Below the pieces are notes generated by a model, which was given only the letters and a program-made list of their open reading frames with translations, made no database searches and was not told the origin of the DNA. From an uncultured Roseivirgaceae bacterium (GTDB lineage Bacteria; Bacteroidota; Bacteroidia; Cytophagales; Cyclobacteriaceae): a stretch of 34,630 nucleotides of DNA. The position numbers were made by a program, and so were the translations under genes. Each line of letters starts with the position of its first letter. Within the stretch, counting starts at the first letter, position 1. The stretch covers positions 1 to 34,630 of the forward strand of contig CAZPST010000001.1 in assembly GCA_964589185.1 (NCBI GenBank), read 5' to 3'. This document shows positions 24,579 through 33,686 of this stretch, in pieces.

Positions 24579-27185
24579 ATGATCAAAAAATTATACAACC
24601 TGCCGATCCGACAGAAGTTTGCGGTTATTATTTTACCGCTTATTCTTATCGTCTTGGTGTTTGATTATCTTCAAATCAAGCATCATTACGTGGATTTTAA
24701 TGATTCTAAGCGTCTGAATAAGGCCATCACAGTAGGAATTGAAATCAACCATGTAGTACACGAACTTCAGAAAGAACGCAGTATTTCAACAGGTTTTCTT
24801 TCCAATCAAGGAGCCACTTTCAGCGATGAGTTAAACGAACAGCGATCCAAGACAGATAGTACGCTGAATCAATACTATACCGAGATAAGTAGCAAAGCGC
24901 TCAAAGATTTAGTAGGCATTCATCAAGAAGATATTGATCAGTTAAATACCTGGTTTGATAAACTCAAAGTGCTTCGAGCCAATATTGATGCGCACGACAT
25001 CACGTCCGAACTGTCTATCGAGAGCTATTCAGATATCAATAACATGGCACTTAATACTGTCATTCGATTGATTGATGAAACCCGAGACAAGCAAGTGGCA
25101 CAGCAAGTGCACGCTATCATCTATTTTCTGAAAGCCAAAGAGAATGCGAGTATCGAACGAGCCATTGGCACCCAAGCCTTTTCCTTAAGTCATTTGGATT
25201 TTGGGCTATACAACAGATTCACCAGGCTTGTAGCCAATCAAAACTCGTTTTTTGAAGCGTTTCAAATTATTGCGGATGAGGAATCAAATGAGCAATATTC
25301 CACCATCTTGTCAGGTGATGCCGTCTCTGAAGTGAAGCGGATGCGGACGGTTTTGTTTCAAAATGATTCATTAAGTGAAAATGCCGCACATTGGTACGAT
25401 GTGAGCACGGAGCAAATAAATCTTCTTAAAAAACTTGAAGACGCAATGTCTGATCGGATACAATCTCGTACAGAAGATATTGCGATCAGTTCCATGCAAA
25501 AATTCTGGTCATTCTTGGTCTTGGATATTTTGATTGGCATTCTCACATTCTGGTTGATGACCACACTAGCGACCAACTTGCTCAAGAACGTCAAAATACT
25601 TGATGATTTTACAAAGAAAATTTCATCCGGTGATCTCACGCAGAAAGTAGTCATTGACTCGCGGGACGAATTAGGCCAGTATGCCAAAACGTTCAATCAG
25701 ATGGTGTTGGAGATTCGCAAGTCGCACTATGCGTTGCGCCAGCAGCGTGACAAAGCAAAATTTCTTTACGAGAACATCTATCGCGTCTCCATGGTTGTGT
25801 TCGAAAATATCCAGCAGGGTATCTTCTTGTTGGACAAAGAATTTAAAATCTCAAAGTTTCACTCGCGAGCGATGAAGGGCATCTTTGCCAATGACCGCAT
25901 TGCCGGTGAGAATTTCGCCAACTTCATGCGTCCACTCATTTTGCCACGCGAGTTAGAGGCACTTGAGATGTTTATGCGGCACTTGTTCAATGAGGACATG
26001 GATGAGGACGTGGTGAATCAGTTGAATCCGATTGATCAAGTGAAAATCCACACCGAACAAAACGGCGTGGTGGCCACCAAGTACATCCGCGTGGATTTCA
26101 CACGCGTGTATCGTCAGGATAAAATCCAGCATGTAATGGTGACCGTGTCTGACGAGACTGAATCTATCCTATTGCAGCAGCATCTGGATGAAGCAGAGAA
26201 GAAGAAGCAGCAAGAAACCGAGCGTGTACTCAGCATCCTCAAAATCGACCCATCCATTTTGCGTGGTTTCCTTCACAATTCGCGAAAAATGCTGAAGAGT
26301 ATTTCGCAGCGATATGAGCAGCACGACAAAGGTGATTTCGATGAATTGCTCAGTTTTACCATGGACATTATTCATAACCTAAAAGGAAATGCGGTAGTGA
26401 TAGGCATGGATTTGATGTCGAATAAATTCCATGAAATTGAGGAGACCATCACCCAATTGAAATCGCGTCAACTTCGTGGAAAGGACTTTTTGGCTGTGTT
26501 GTATGAAATAGATGAGGCCGATCGAATGATTGCCGATATTTCAGAAATGCTCTACAAGATTGTCAGCATTTACAAGAAATTTCCTGCTGAGGGTCATTCC
26601 GTATCCAATATAATGGTGGTGGACGCACTTGAACGTGGGGCAGAGCTCATCAGCAAAGAGGTAGGGAAAAATGTGGAGGTCAACTTCAAAAACGATAAGA
26701 ACCTCTCGATACCTGAAAAATACGTGGAGCCATTCAAGGATGTCATGATCCAACTCATTCGAAATTCGATCATTCACGGGATCGAAACGCCAAGTGCACG
26801 AATCACGGCCGGTAAGGTGATCAAAGGTGAAATTGGTATTGAATTGGACAAAACAGCTTCCGATGATTTGGTGATTCGCTACCACGATGATGGAGCCGGT
26901 TTGGATTTGCAAGAGATCAAAGTAAAAGCATTAGATAGGGGTATTGTGATGGGCTTTGAGCTAGAGAAGATGTCGGATCAAGAGCTGGTAGAATTGATTT
27001 TCTTGGAAGGATTCTCTACATCTGAAAAATCAAATAAGCATGCCGGTCGTGGACAAGGGATGCACCTCGTGAAATCAATTGTAGCAGACCATGGTGGCAC
27101 ATACGCATTGACCTACGAAAAAGGAAAGTCATTTGGTATTACCATTACATTCCCAAGTACAGGTGAAAAGCTGGAGCAAGAATGA
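24579..27185 (+). CDS. Membrane sensor kinase: TM - NIT (nitrate/nitrite-sensing-type) domain - TM - HAMP - PAS-like region - Hpt - CheA-type HATPase; no P3 or P5
   Basis: TM1 is aa ~13-30. The NIT-type periplasmic helical domain (aa ~45-295) has the hallmark HELQKERSISTGFLS plus ENASIERAIG. TM2 is aa ~309-331. HAMP is aa ~332-385 (SSGDLTQKVVIDSRDELGQYAKTFNQM). PAS-like region is aa ~395-530. Hpt is aa ~555-650 with CheA-P1-like IIHNLKGNA (His599, nt 26373-26375). The catalytic domain is co-linear with the CheA in this window (MIQLIRNSIIHGIE; HDDGAGLD; GRGQGMHLVKSIVADHGG). Confidence 0.8.
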   Translation: MIKKLYNLPIRQKFAVIILPLILIVLVFDYLQIKHHYVDFNDSKRLNKAITVGIEINHVVHELQKERSISTGFLSNQGATFSDELNEQRSKTDSTLNQYYTEISSKALKDLVGIHQEDIDQLNTWFDKLKVLRANIDAHDITSELSIESYSDINNMALNTVIRLIDETRDKQVAQQVHAIIYFLKAKENASIERAIGTQAFSLSHLDFGLYNRFTRLVANQNSFFEAFQIIADEESNEQYSTILSGDAVSEVKRMRTVLFQNDSLSENAAHWYDVSTEQINLLKKLEDAMSDRIQSRTEDIAISSMQKFWSFLVLDILIGILTFWLMTTLATNLLKNVKILDDFTKKISSGDLTQKVVIDSRDELGQYAKTFNQMVLEIRKSHYALRQQRDKAKFLYENIYRVSMVVFENIQQGIFLLDKEFKISKFHSRAMKGIFANDRIAGENFANFMRPLILPRELEALEMFMRHLFNEDMDEDVVNQLNPIDQVKIHTEQNGVVATKYIRVDFTRVYRQDKIQHVMVTVSDETESILLQQHLDEAEKKKQQETERVLSILKIDPSILRGFLHNSRKMLKSISQRYEQHDKGDFDELLSFTMDIIHNLKGNAVVIGMDLMSNKFHEIEETITQLKSRQLRGKDFLAVLYEIDEADRMIADISEMLYKIVSIYKKFPAEGHSVSNIMVVDALERGAELISKEVGKNVEVNFKNDKNLSIPEKYVEPFKDVMIQLIRNSIIHGIETPSARITAGKVIKGEIGIELDKTASDDLVIRYHDDGAGLDLQEIKVKALDRGIVMGFELEKMSDQELVELIFLEGFSTSEKSNKHAGRGQGMHLVKSIVADHGGTYALTYEKGKSFGITITFPSTGEKLEQE

Positions 27186-27556
27186 AAAAGCGCCTTCTCA
27201 TAGTAGATGACTCCTCTATCATGAGGAGAACCATAGAAAAGAATCTAGCCGAGTATGATTTAGAGATCATCGGTCAGGCATCAAATGGCAAAGAGGCATT
27301 GGAGATGGTGAAAAAGGAAATGCCCGATGTGATTACACTGGATATCACCATGCCTGAAATGAACGGTATAGAGTGTTTGGAAGGAATCATGAAAATTCAT
27401 CCTACGTGTAAGGTGATGATCATCACGGCACTCTCGGATAAGTTGACCGGTTTGATAGCCTTAGATAGGGGAGCTAGGGGTTTTTTGTACAAGCCTGTGA
27501 GTGCGGAGGATTTGGAGCGATCGTTCAATAAATTATTGAAGCGAAATGGAGAGTAG
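27182..27556 (+). CDS. cheY: CheY-like single-domain response regulator (CheY-3)
   Basis: LLIVDDSS; canonical ITLDITMPEMNG; ITALS; GFLYKPV. ATGA overlap with the kinase stop. Confidence 0.85.
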   Translation: MKKRLLIVDDSSIMRRTIEKNLAEYDLEIIGQASNGKEALEMVKKEMPDVITLDITMPEMNGIECLEGIMKIHPTCKVMIITALSDKLTGLIALDRGARGFLYKPVSAEDLERSFNKLLKRNGE

Positions 27557-28013
27557 AAAGGAGGAGTTCGAAGCTACATGCAATTTGTTCATCAATTCGG
27601 TGAATAATTATTTCAAGCATCTCACTGAGATTGATTCCAATATTAAGGTGCCATACCTCAAAGAATCTCAGGGATTGGTGCTCAAGGATTATACAGGCAT
27701 GATTGCCATTTCTGGCAGCCGAAAGGGCTTTGTATATATCTCTGCCAATCGAGACATGTTTGGTGATTTGATCCACATGTTTATCGGCATTGAAGATCCG
27801 TCTGACGAGGATATTTTGGACATGGCCGGTGAAATATCCAATGTGGTGGCAGGTAATGTGCGTGCCAATTTGGGTGCGAATTTTATGATTTCCGTACCCA
27901 TTGTATTTGAAGGTATGCCTTCCGAATTGAAAATACCGGAAGATATTTCAATTTACGTGATACCGATCCAATGGAACAACCATGAGGCTTTTGTTGTATT
28001 AGGATTAGAATAG
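27546..28013 (+). CDS. cheX: CheX-like CheY-P phosphatase
   Basis: 155 aa with a single D-x3-E-x2-N site (D92-MAG-E96-IS-N99 in LDMAGEISNVVAGNV) followed by P118. Size and single-site layout fit CheX rather than CheC. 11-nt overlap with CheY-3. Confidence 0.65.
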   Translation: MESRKEEFEATCNLFINSVNNYFKHLTEIDSNIKVPYLKESQGLVLKDYTGMIAISGSRKGFVYISANRDMFGDLIHMFIGIEDPSDEDILDMAGEISNVVAGNVRANLGANFMISVPIVFEGMPSELKIPEDISIYVIPIQWNNHEAFVVLGLE

Positions 28014-28019
28014 GCGAAG

Positions 28020-28823
28020 ATGATAGAGCAGGGAAATTCCAGAAAGACAGATGCGAAGGCTAATTGGCTACTCAATCTTGATAAGATTGAGGATAAGACG
28101 CGTCGCAATTATTTCTCAGGCTTACCACAGGAGCACACATTGTTGGATTTCTTCACCTATGCTTTTGTGATCAATAAACCCAAAGGCCGTGTGGGGGGCG
28201 ATGGATTTTGGTTGCATGAAAACGGAGATGATGTCTATCTAGCCTTGTTCACCTGCGTGGGCGAGGGGCATTTGGCGCACATGATGATCCGCATTTATAT
28301 GAATGCGCTCAAGAAAATGGTTAATGAATACGCCATTGATTATCCCGGATCCATCCTGCAGTTTGTGCACAAAGAGGTTCAGTCTCGATTTAATAGCAAA
28401 AACAACATCCTATTGAATACCAATGCCAATATTGGTATTGTCAAACTCAATGCAATCACCAAATCGATGGAATTTGCTGGAGCTAATATGAATTTGATTC
28501 AAGTGGCGCGTGATGGTGTGCGCATTATCGAAGGAGAGAAATATCAGGTAGGAGATACAGGTAAAGAGAAGCCAACATACAGTTCCAATTCGCTAAGCGA
28601 TACAGATACTTCGTCGTTCTATTTGTGCAGTTCTGGCATTTTTAATCTTATTGGAGGGTCTGCGTTCAAGAAGTTGTCGCAGAACGAGCTCACAGATCAT
28701 CTCAAGGCTATTCAGAGGTATCCTGTATCAAGCCAAAAAGAGCATGTAGAGGAGTTCATGGCCGATTGGACAGGATCAAACAGGCAGAATGATGACATTC
28801 TGGTGATTGGTTTTACGCCTTGA
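28020..28823 (+). CDS. SpoIIE/RsbU-type PP2C-like domain protein, stand-alone, with a partly degenerate metal-binding set
   Basis: SpoIIE-family landmarks are present: KGRVGGDGFWL (GGDxY-type, D61) and C-terminal NDDILVIGF (D258/D259). The expected D-x-x-G-x-G Asp reads FTCVGEGH (T78). The expected (T/S)DG Asp reads CSSGIF (S205). Confidence 0.6.
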   Translation: MIEQGNSRKTDAKANWLLNLDKIEDKTRRNYFSGLPQEHTLLDFFTYAFVINKPKGRVGGDGFWLHENGDDVYLALFTCVGEGHLAHMMIRIYMNALKKMVNEYAIDYPGSILQFVHKEVQSRFNSKNNILLNTNANIGIVKLNAITKSMEFAGANMNLIQVARDGVRIIEGEKYQVGDTGKEKPTYSSNSLSDTDTSSFYLCSSGIFNLIGGSAFKKLSQNELTDHLKAIQRYPVSSQKEHVEEFMADWTGSNRQNDDILVIGFTP

Positions 28824-28877
28824 CATTTTTTCACATTTCCAGATTTTCTTTGAATCTGGCTCTACAATTATTTTCTT

Positions 28878-30506
<1,629 letters not shown>

Positions 30507-30561
30507 TTACGGGATGCAAATTTAGGACACTTACATGCGTGGATGGCCGAATGAAAGATTT

Positions 30562-31593
30562 TTATTTTCTGTCCCACGTAAGGCGCTGACTTATCGAAAC
30601 ATTGAAGAACCCGGATGGATTCACACCCAAATCTTCTCCCGGTAATTGTTGCGGAAAGGCGTAGGAATAACTGATCAGGATATTAGTCTTGTTGATGCTG
30701 AAAGTCAGGGGAAGACTGAATGTGTAGTTTAACAGCGCAAATGTGTCGCTTTCTTCCAATGTGTTTAAGAGTTCTTTGAGGGAGGCAATGTCTGCTTCAG
30801 ACCCTTCATTGAGCAGTCGACGTGTATTCCGCAATTGGATTGCTTCGGCAGTGGTGATGCGCCCATTTACCACAAGAAAGCGAATCTCATCATCTGTAAG
30901 TTGCTGAACACGGAGCAGGTACGCATCTATTTCTTCGGTGGAATACTGATAGGTGAATATGCTAGTAGTACCTGCAATCATGGATACAGACGGATACAGG
31001 GTTATAGTTTTTACTAGCGGTACTCCTTTGATCCGTATTCGGCGACTTAGGCTTGGTATCAACCGATGACCCGTGTCTTTTCCCCACAAAAAGGCATAGT
31101 CTACCCCTATATCTACGGCCTTCGTGTTTCGAGTGATTGAAGTTCCCATACTGTTTGATAGATCGGTAGAAAAAGAATTATGAAAGAATGAGCGCTCTAC
31201 ATAGGGATTGATTGTCCACTTGAGGCTGGGCATCCAAAAATAACCCGCATGAAGAATAGTTTGATATGCGGCAGGTCTGTAATTGGTATCAAAAAAGGTG
31301 CTTACATCTGTATAAAAACCTGATTTGTGATAATAAGCCAAGCCTGTGGTGTAGCCTTTTTGTTCAAGATTGAAATCTCGTCCGGCAGTCAAGCGGCTAG
31401 ACATGTAGCCCAAACGAACGCTAATTTCAGAAGTAGGAGAGGGCAGGAGCAACACACTATCCAGAAAGCTGAATAAGGCAATAGAATCCATTTCCAGCTC
31501 CAAATCAGCCAGTTGCTGCTCAATGCTCAGCGAATCTGACTGACTGTGAACACGGAATGAAATAATGAGTAAGCCAAGAACGATCCAGCGCAT
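30562..31593 (-). CDS. Hypothetical secreted/outer-membrane protein (possible beta-barrel with helical insert)
   Basis: Signal peptide (MRWIVLGLLIISFRVHSQ). Alternating aromatic/polar beta-strand-like segments (GLAYYHKSGFYTDVSTFF, VDIGVDYAFLW, ILISYSYAF) are interrupted by a helical stretch (aa ~225-290). No recognisable family motif. Confidence 0.4.
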   Translation of the reverse strand: MRWIVLGLLIISFRVHSQSDSLSIEQQLADLELEMDSIALFSFLDSVLLLPSPTSEISVRLGYMSSRLTAGRDFNLEQKGYTTGLAYYHKSGFYTDVSTFFDTNYRPAAYQTILHAGYFWMPSLKWTINPYVERSFFHNSFSTDLSNSMGTSITRNTKAVDIGVDYAFLWGKDTGHRLIPSLSRRIRIKGVPLVKTITLYPSVSMIAGTTSIFTYQYSTEEIDAYLLRVQQLTDDEIRFLVVNGRITTAEAIQLRNTRRLLNEGSEADIASLKELLNTLEESDTFALLNYTFSLPLTFSINKTNILISYSYAFPQQLPGEDLGVNPSGFFNVSISQRLTWDRK

Positions 31594-31617
31594 GAATTAG
31601 GTAGTGTGGCGCGTCGG

Positions 31618-32115
31618 TTAATTCCTTCGGCGCTGTAAATCCTGATTGCCTTGCTGGCGCTCCTGCATTTGTTGTCGGCGTTGCTGCTGCTCACGCAAGC
31701 GATTGAGGATCATTACTTTGAAGTCTGATTCAGCTTTACGCAGACTCAACATCTGCCGATTGTCTATGACTTGAAGCAAACGCTCAGAGTAGGTGCGTTC
31801 CAATTCGATGGTACGTTCTTTCACCTGCATTCCCAGCTCCAGCAAGCGCTTATTGTCATCATCTGAGGCCGTTTCCGGATTGTGACGGTTTCTTGCTTGC
31901 GTGAATTCCCTTCGCACTTCTTCTTGCCTACGGCTGTACTCATTATAAATTGGCCAAAATTTCTCAGCCTGCGCAGGCGTAAGCTGCAGCCGCTCTGTGA
32001 TAAGGGCAATTTTAGCTGCCTCTATCTGTTCTCTCGGATTTCGTTCGCCCTTGGGTTGACTTACTGCCGCCAAACTTGCGACAATCAGGGCTACAAATAG
32101 GGTGTACTTTTTCAT
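31618..32115 (-). CDS. Periplasmic Spy/CpxP-like helical protein
   Basis: The ATG at 32113-32115 gives a signal peptide (MKKYTLFVALIVASLAAVSQ). LTPAQAEKFWPIYNEY and Arg/Gln/Glu-rich helices are typical of Spy/CpxP-like periplasmic proteins found after Bacteroidota ECF sigma/anti-sigma pairs. The longer ORF (to 32220) would overlap the upstream gene. Confidence 0.55.
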   Translation of the reverse strand: MKKYTLFVALIVASLAAVSQPKGERNPREQIEAAKIALITERLQLTPAQAEKFWPIYNEYSRRQEEVRREFTQARNRHNPETASDDDNKRLLELGMQVKERTIELERTYSERLLQVIDNRQMLSLRKAESDFKVMILNRLREQQQRRQQMQERQQGNQDLQRRRN

Positions 32116-32119
32116 GGTA

Positions 32120-32548
32120 TTATGAGTTAATTTCGTTTTCGTATTCCAATAAGAGTTGGTCCAAATCATCTGTTTCCAACTGTAAATCATCGAAGGCGTC
32201 TTCTTCTTGCCATAGGTCATTGATCACGTTAGGGCTCACGCCTTCTAATAGCTCTGCCTCGCTGAATTCGCTGATGTCCAGATATTCTAATAAAGTCTCC
32301 TCATCTACTTGCGCCAACATTTGCTCGGCGGTGAGTGTTGTGTCGCTTTGGTAGATCCAGATGACGGCTACTAATGTGAGCATTGCTGCTGCAGCCATCG
32401 CCCATTTCAATTGTGGCGCGGGGAGCCACGCACGCTTTTTCTTGTCCTGAATACGCGCTTGTATGTCCACAGTCAATTGATCGAAGTAGCCTTCAGGCAC
32501 CTGAAAAGGTGACTTTTTGTTCAGCTCATCTAGTTTTATTCGTTTCAT
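32120..32548 (-). CDS. Putative single-pass anti-sigma factor
   Basis: Lies 32 nt downstream of the ECF sigma gene. One TM segment (WAMAAAAMLTLVAVIWIY). Acidic C-terminal tail. The call rests on position and topology only. Confidence 0.45.
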   Translation of the reverse strand: MKRIKLDELNKKSPFQVPEGYFDQLTVDIQARIQDKKKRAWLPAPQLKWAMAAAAMLTLVAVIWIYQSDTTLTAEQMLAQVDEETLLEYLDISEFSEAELLEGVSPNVINDLWQEEDAFDDLQLETDDLDQLLLEYENEINS

Positions 32549-32580
32549 TGCAGCATTTGATTTAAAAAGGCGGCTATAGT

Positions 32581-33120
32581 TTAATGTGGATTGAGAAATT
32601 CTTCCATTTTTTTTACTGCGTGGTGATAGCTGGCCTTGAGTGCACCTTCGCTCGTACCCGTGATTTCAGCCATCTCGCTGAATTTCATTTCATCGTAGTA
32701 TTTCATGTTGAAAACCAATCGCTGTTTGTCCGGCAGTCTGAGCAGTGCTTTTTGCAGTTTGAGTTCAATTTCATCTCCTGTCATCAGATTTGCCTGATCT
32801 AATTTGCCCATTAACTCGCTTGTCACGTCATGAATAGGAAGGAAAAAGCGGCGTTTTTTCTTGTTGAGAAAATTGAGGCATTCGTTGGTAGCAATGCGAT
32901 ATATCCAGGTGAAGACCTTTGAATCTTCCCTAAACGAATCGAGGTTGTTCCACACCTTTACAAATATGTCTTGTGTCACATCATTGGCGTCTTCATGGTC
33001 GATTACCATTTTGCGTACGTGCCAGTACACGCGCTGTTGGTAGGTTTTCACCAGTAGGTTGAACCCATAGTGGCGTGTTTCTGAGCTTCGTAGTTTGGAT
33101 ATGATGAACTTTTCGTCCAA
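32581..33120 (-). CDS. ECF-type RNA polymerase sigma-70 family factor
   Basis: Region 2 (LLVKTYQQRVYWHVRKMV...DANDVTQDIFVKVW...FTWIYRIATNECLNF) and region 4 (LPDKQRLVFNMKYYDEMKFSEMAEITGTSEGALKASYHHAVKKM). The start is a TTG at 33118-33120, and the first in-frame ATG would delete region 2, so the start is uncertain. Confidence 0.85.
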   Translation of the reverse strand: MDEKFIISKLRSSETRHYGFNLLVKTYQQRVYWHVRKMVIDHEDANDVTQDIFVKVWNNLDSFREDSKVFTWIYRIATNECLNFLNKKKRRFFLPIHDVTSELMGKLDQANLMTGDEIELKLQKALLRLPDKQRLVFNMKYYDEMKFSEMAEITGTSEGALKASYHHAVKKMEEFLNPH

Positions 33121-33236
33121 TTTTTTTGGTAGTTTGCGGCCTTAGACAGCTAAATAACAGATTCGTTTAAATGTAGTAAGAAAAATAATGAACTGCTTTT
33201 CTTTGCAGCACGTTAGCACCATGTCAAGTTAGAACT

Positions 33237-33686
33237 ATGGGAATAAGTCAGGATATACAACAAAAGACGTTTAAGTCGGAATTTTCGAAGGCACTGATCA
33301 ATATCTTTTATACCAGTGCTTGGCTTAATCAAAAGCATGCGGATGTATTCAAAGCGCATGACCTCACATCGCCTCAGTTTAATGTGCTGCGCATTTTGAG
33401 AGGCCAGCATCCCAAGCCGGCCACAGTGAATCTCATTATTGATCGCATGCTGGATAAGAGCTCCAATGCGTCTCGTATAGTTGATCGATTGGAGTTAAAA
33501 GGGCTAGTTGTTAGGAAGCAGTGCCCGAGCGATAGACGGGCAGTAGATGTGATTATTTCTGATTCAGGATTGGCTGTACTCAAAAAGATGGATTCAGAGC
33601 TCGACGCTTTTCAGGAAAAAATCTGCAATTTATCCGAAAAGGAAGCTGCAAAGCTCAACGAGCTATTGGACAAAATGCGCCTATAA
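33237..33686 (+). CDS. MarR-family transcriptional regulator
   Basis: Winged-helix core LTSPQFNVLRIL...ATVNLIIDRMLDKSSNASRIVDRLELKGLVVRKQCPSDRRAVDV. Confidence 0.85.
   Translation: MGISQDIQQKTFKSEFSKALINIFYTSAWLNQKHADVFKAHDLTSPQFNVLRILRGQHPKPATVNLIIDRMLDKSSNASRIVDRLELKGLVVRKQCPSDRRAVDVIISDSGLAVLKKMDSELDAFQEKICNLSEKEAAKLNELLDKMRL

Noticed and set aside
24579-27185. Considered calling the NIT-HAMP protein a second MCP
   Set aside because: It has no MA signalling-hairpin motif (no [10 protein letters not shown]-type sequence). It has an Hpt with a CheA-like HxLKGNA motif and a CheA-type ATPase domain instead, so it is a kinase.
28839-28859. Hairpin CCAGATT/AATCTGG between the convergent PP2C-like gene and pyrG, considered as a bidirectional terminator
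   Set aside because: The stem is only 7 bp and AT-rich, and neither strand has an adjacent U-tract. That is too weak to call, although transcription of both genes must end somewhere in 28824-28877.
14758-28877. Considered whether the che cluster is a horizontally acquired genomic island
   Set aside because: There is no integrase, transposase, tRNA gene or flanking direct repeats at either border, and no obvious compositional break by eye. This cannot be supported from the window, and formal GC/codon-usage statistics were not computed.
32116-32220. 35-codon N-terminal extension of the Spy-like ORF
   Set aside because: It would overlap the anti-sigma-like gene by about 100 nt. The internal ATG (32113-32115) yields a clean signal peptide 4 nt after the upstream stop.
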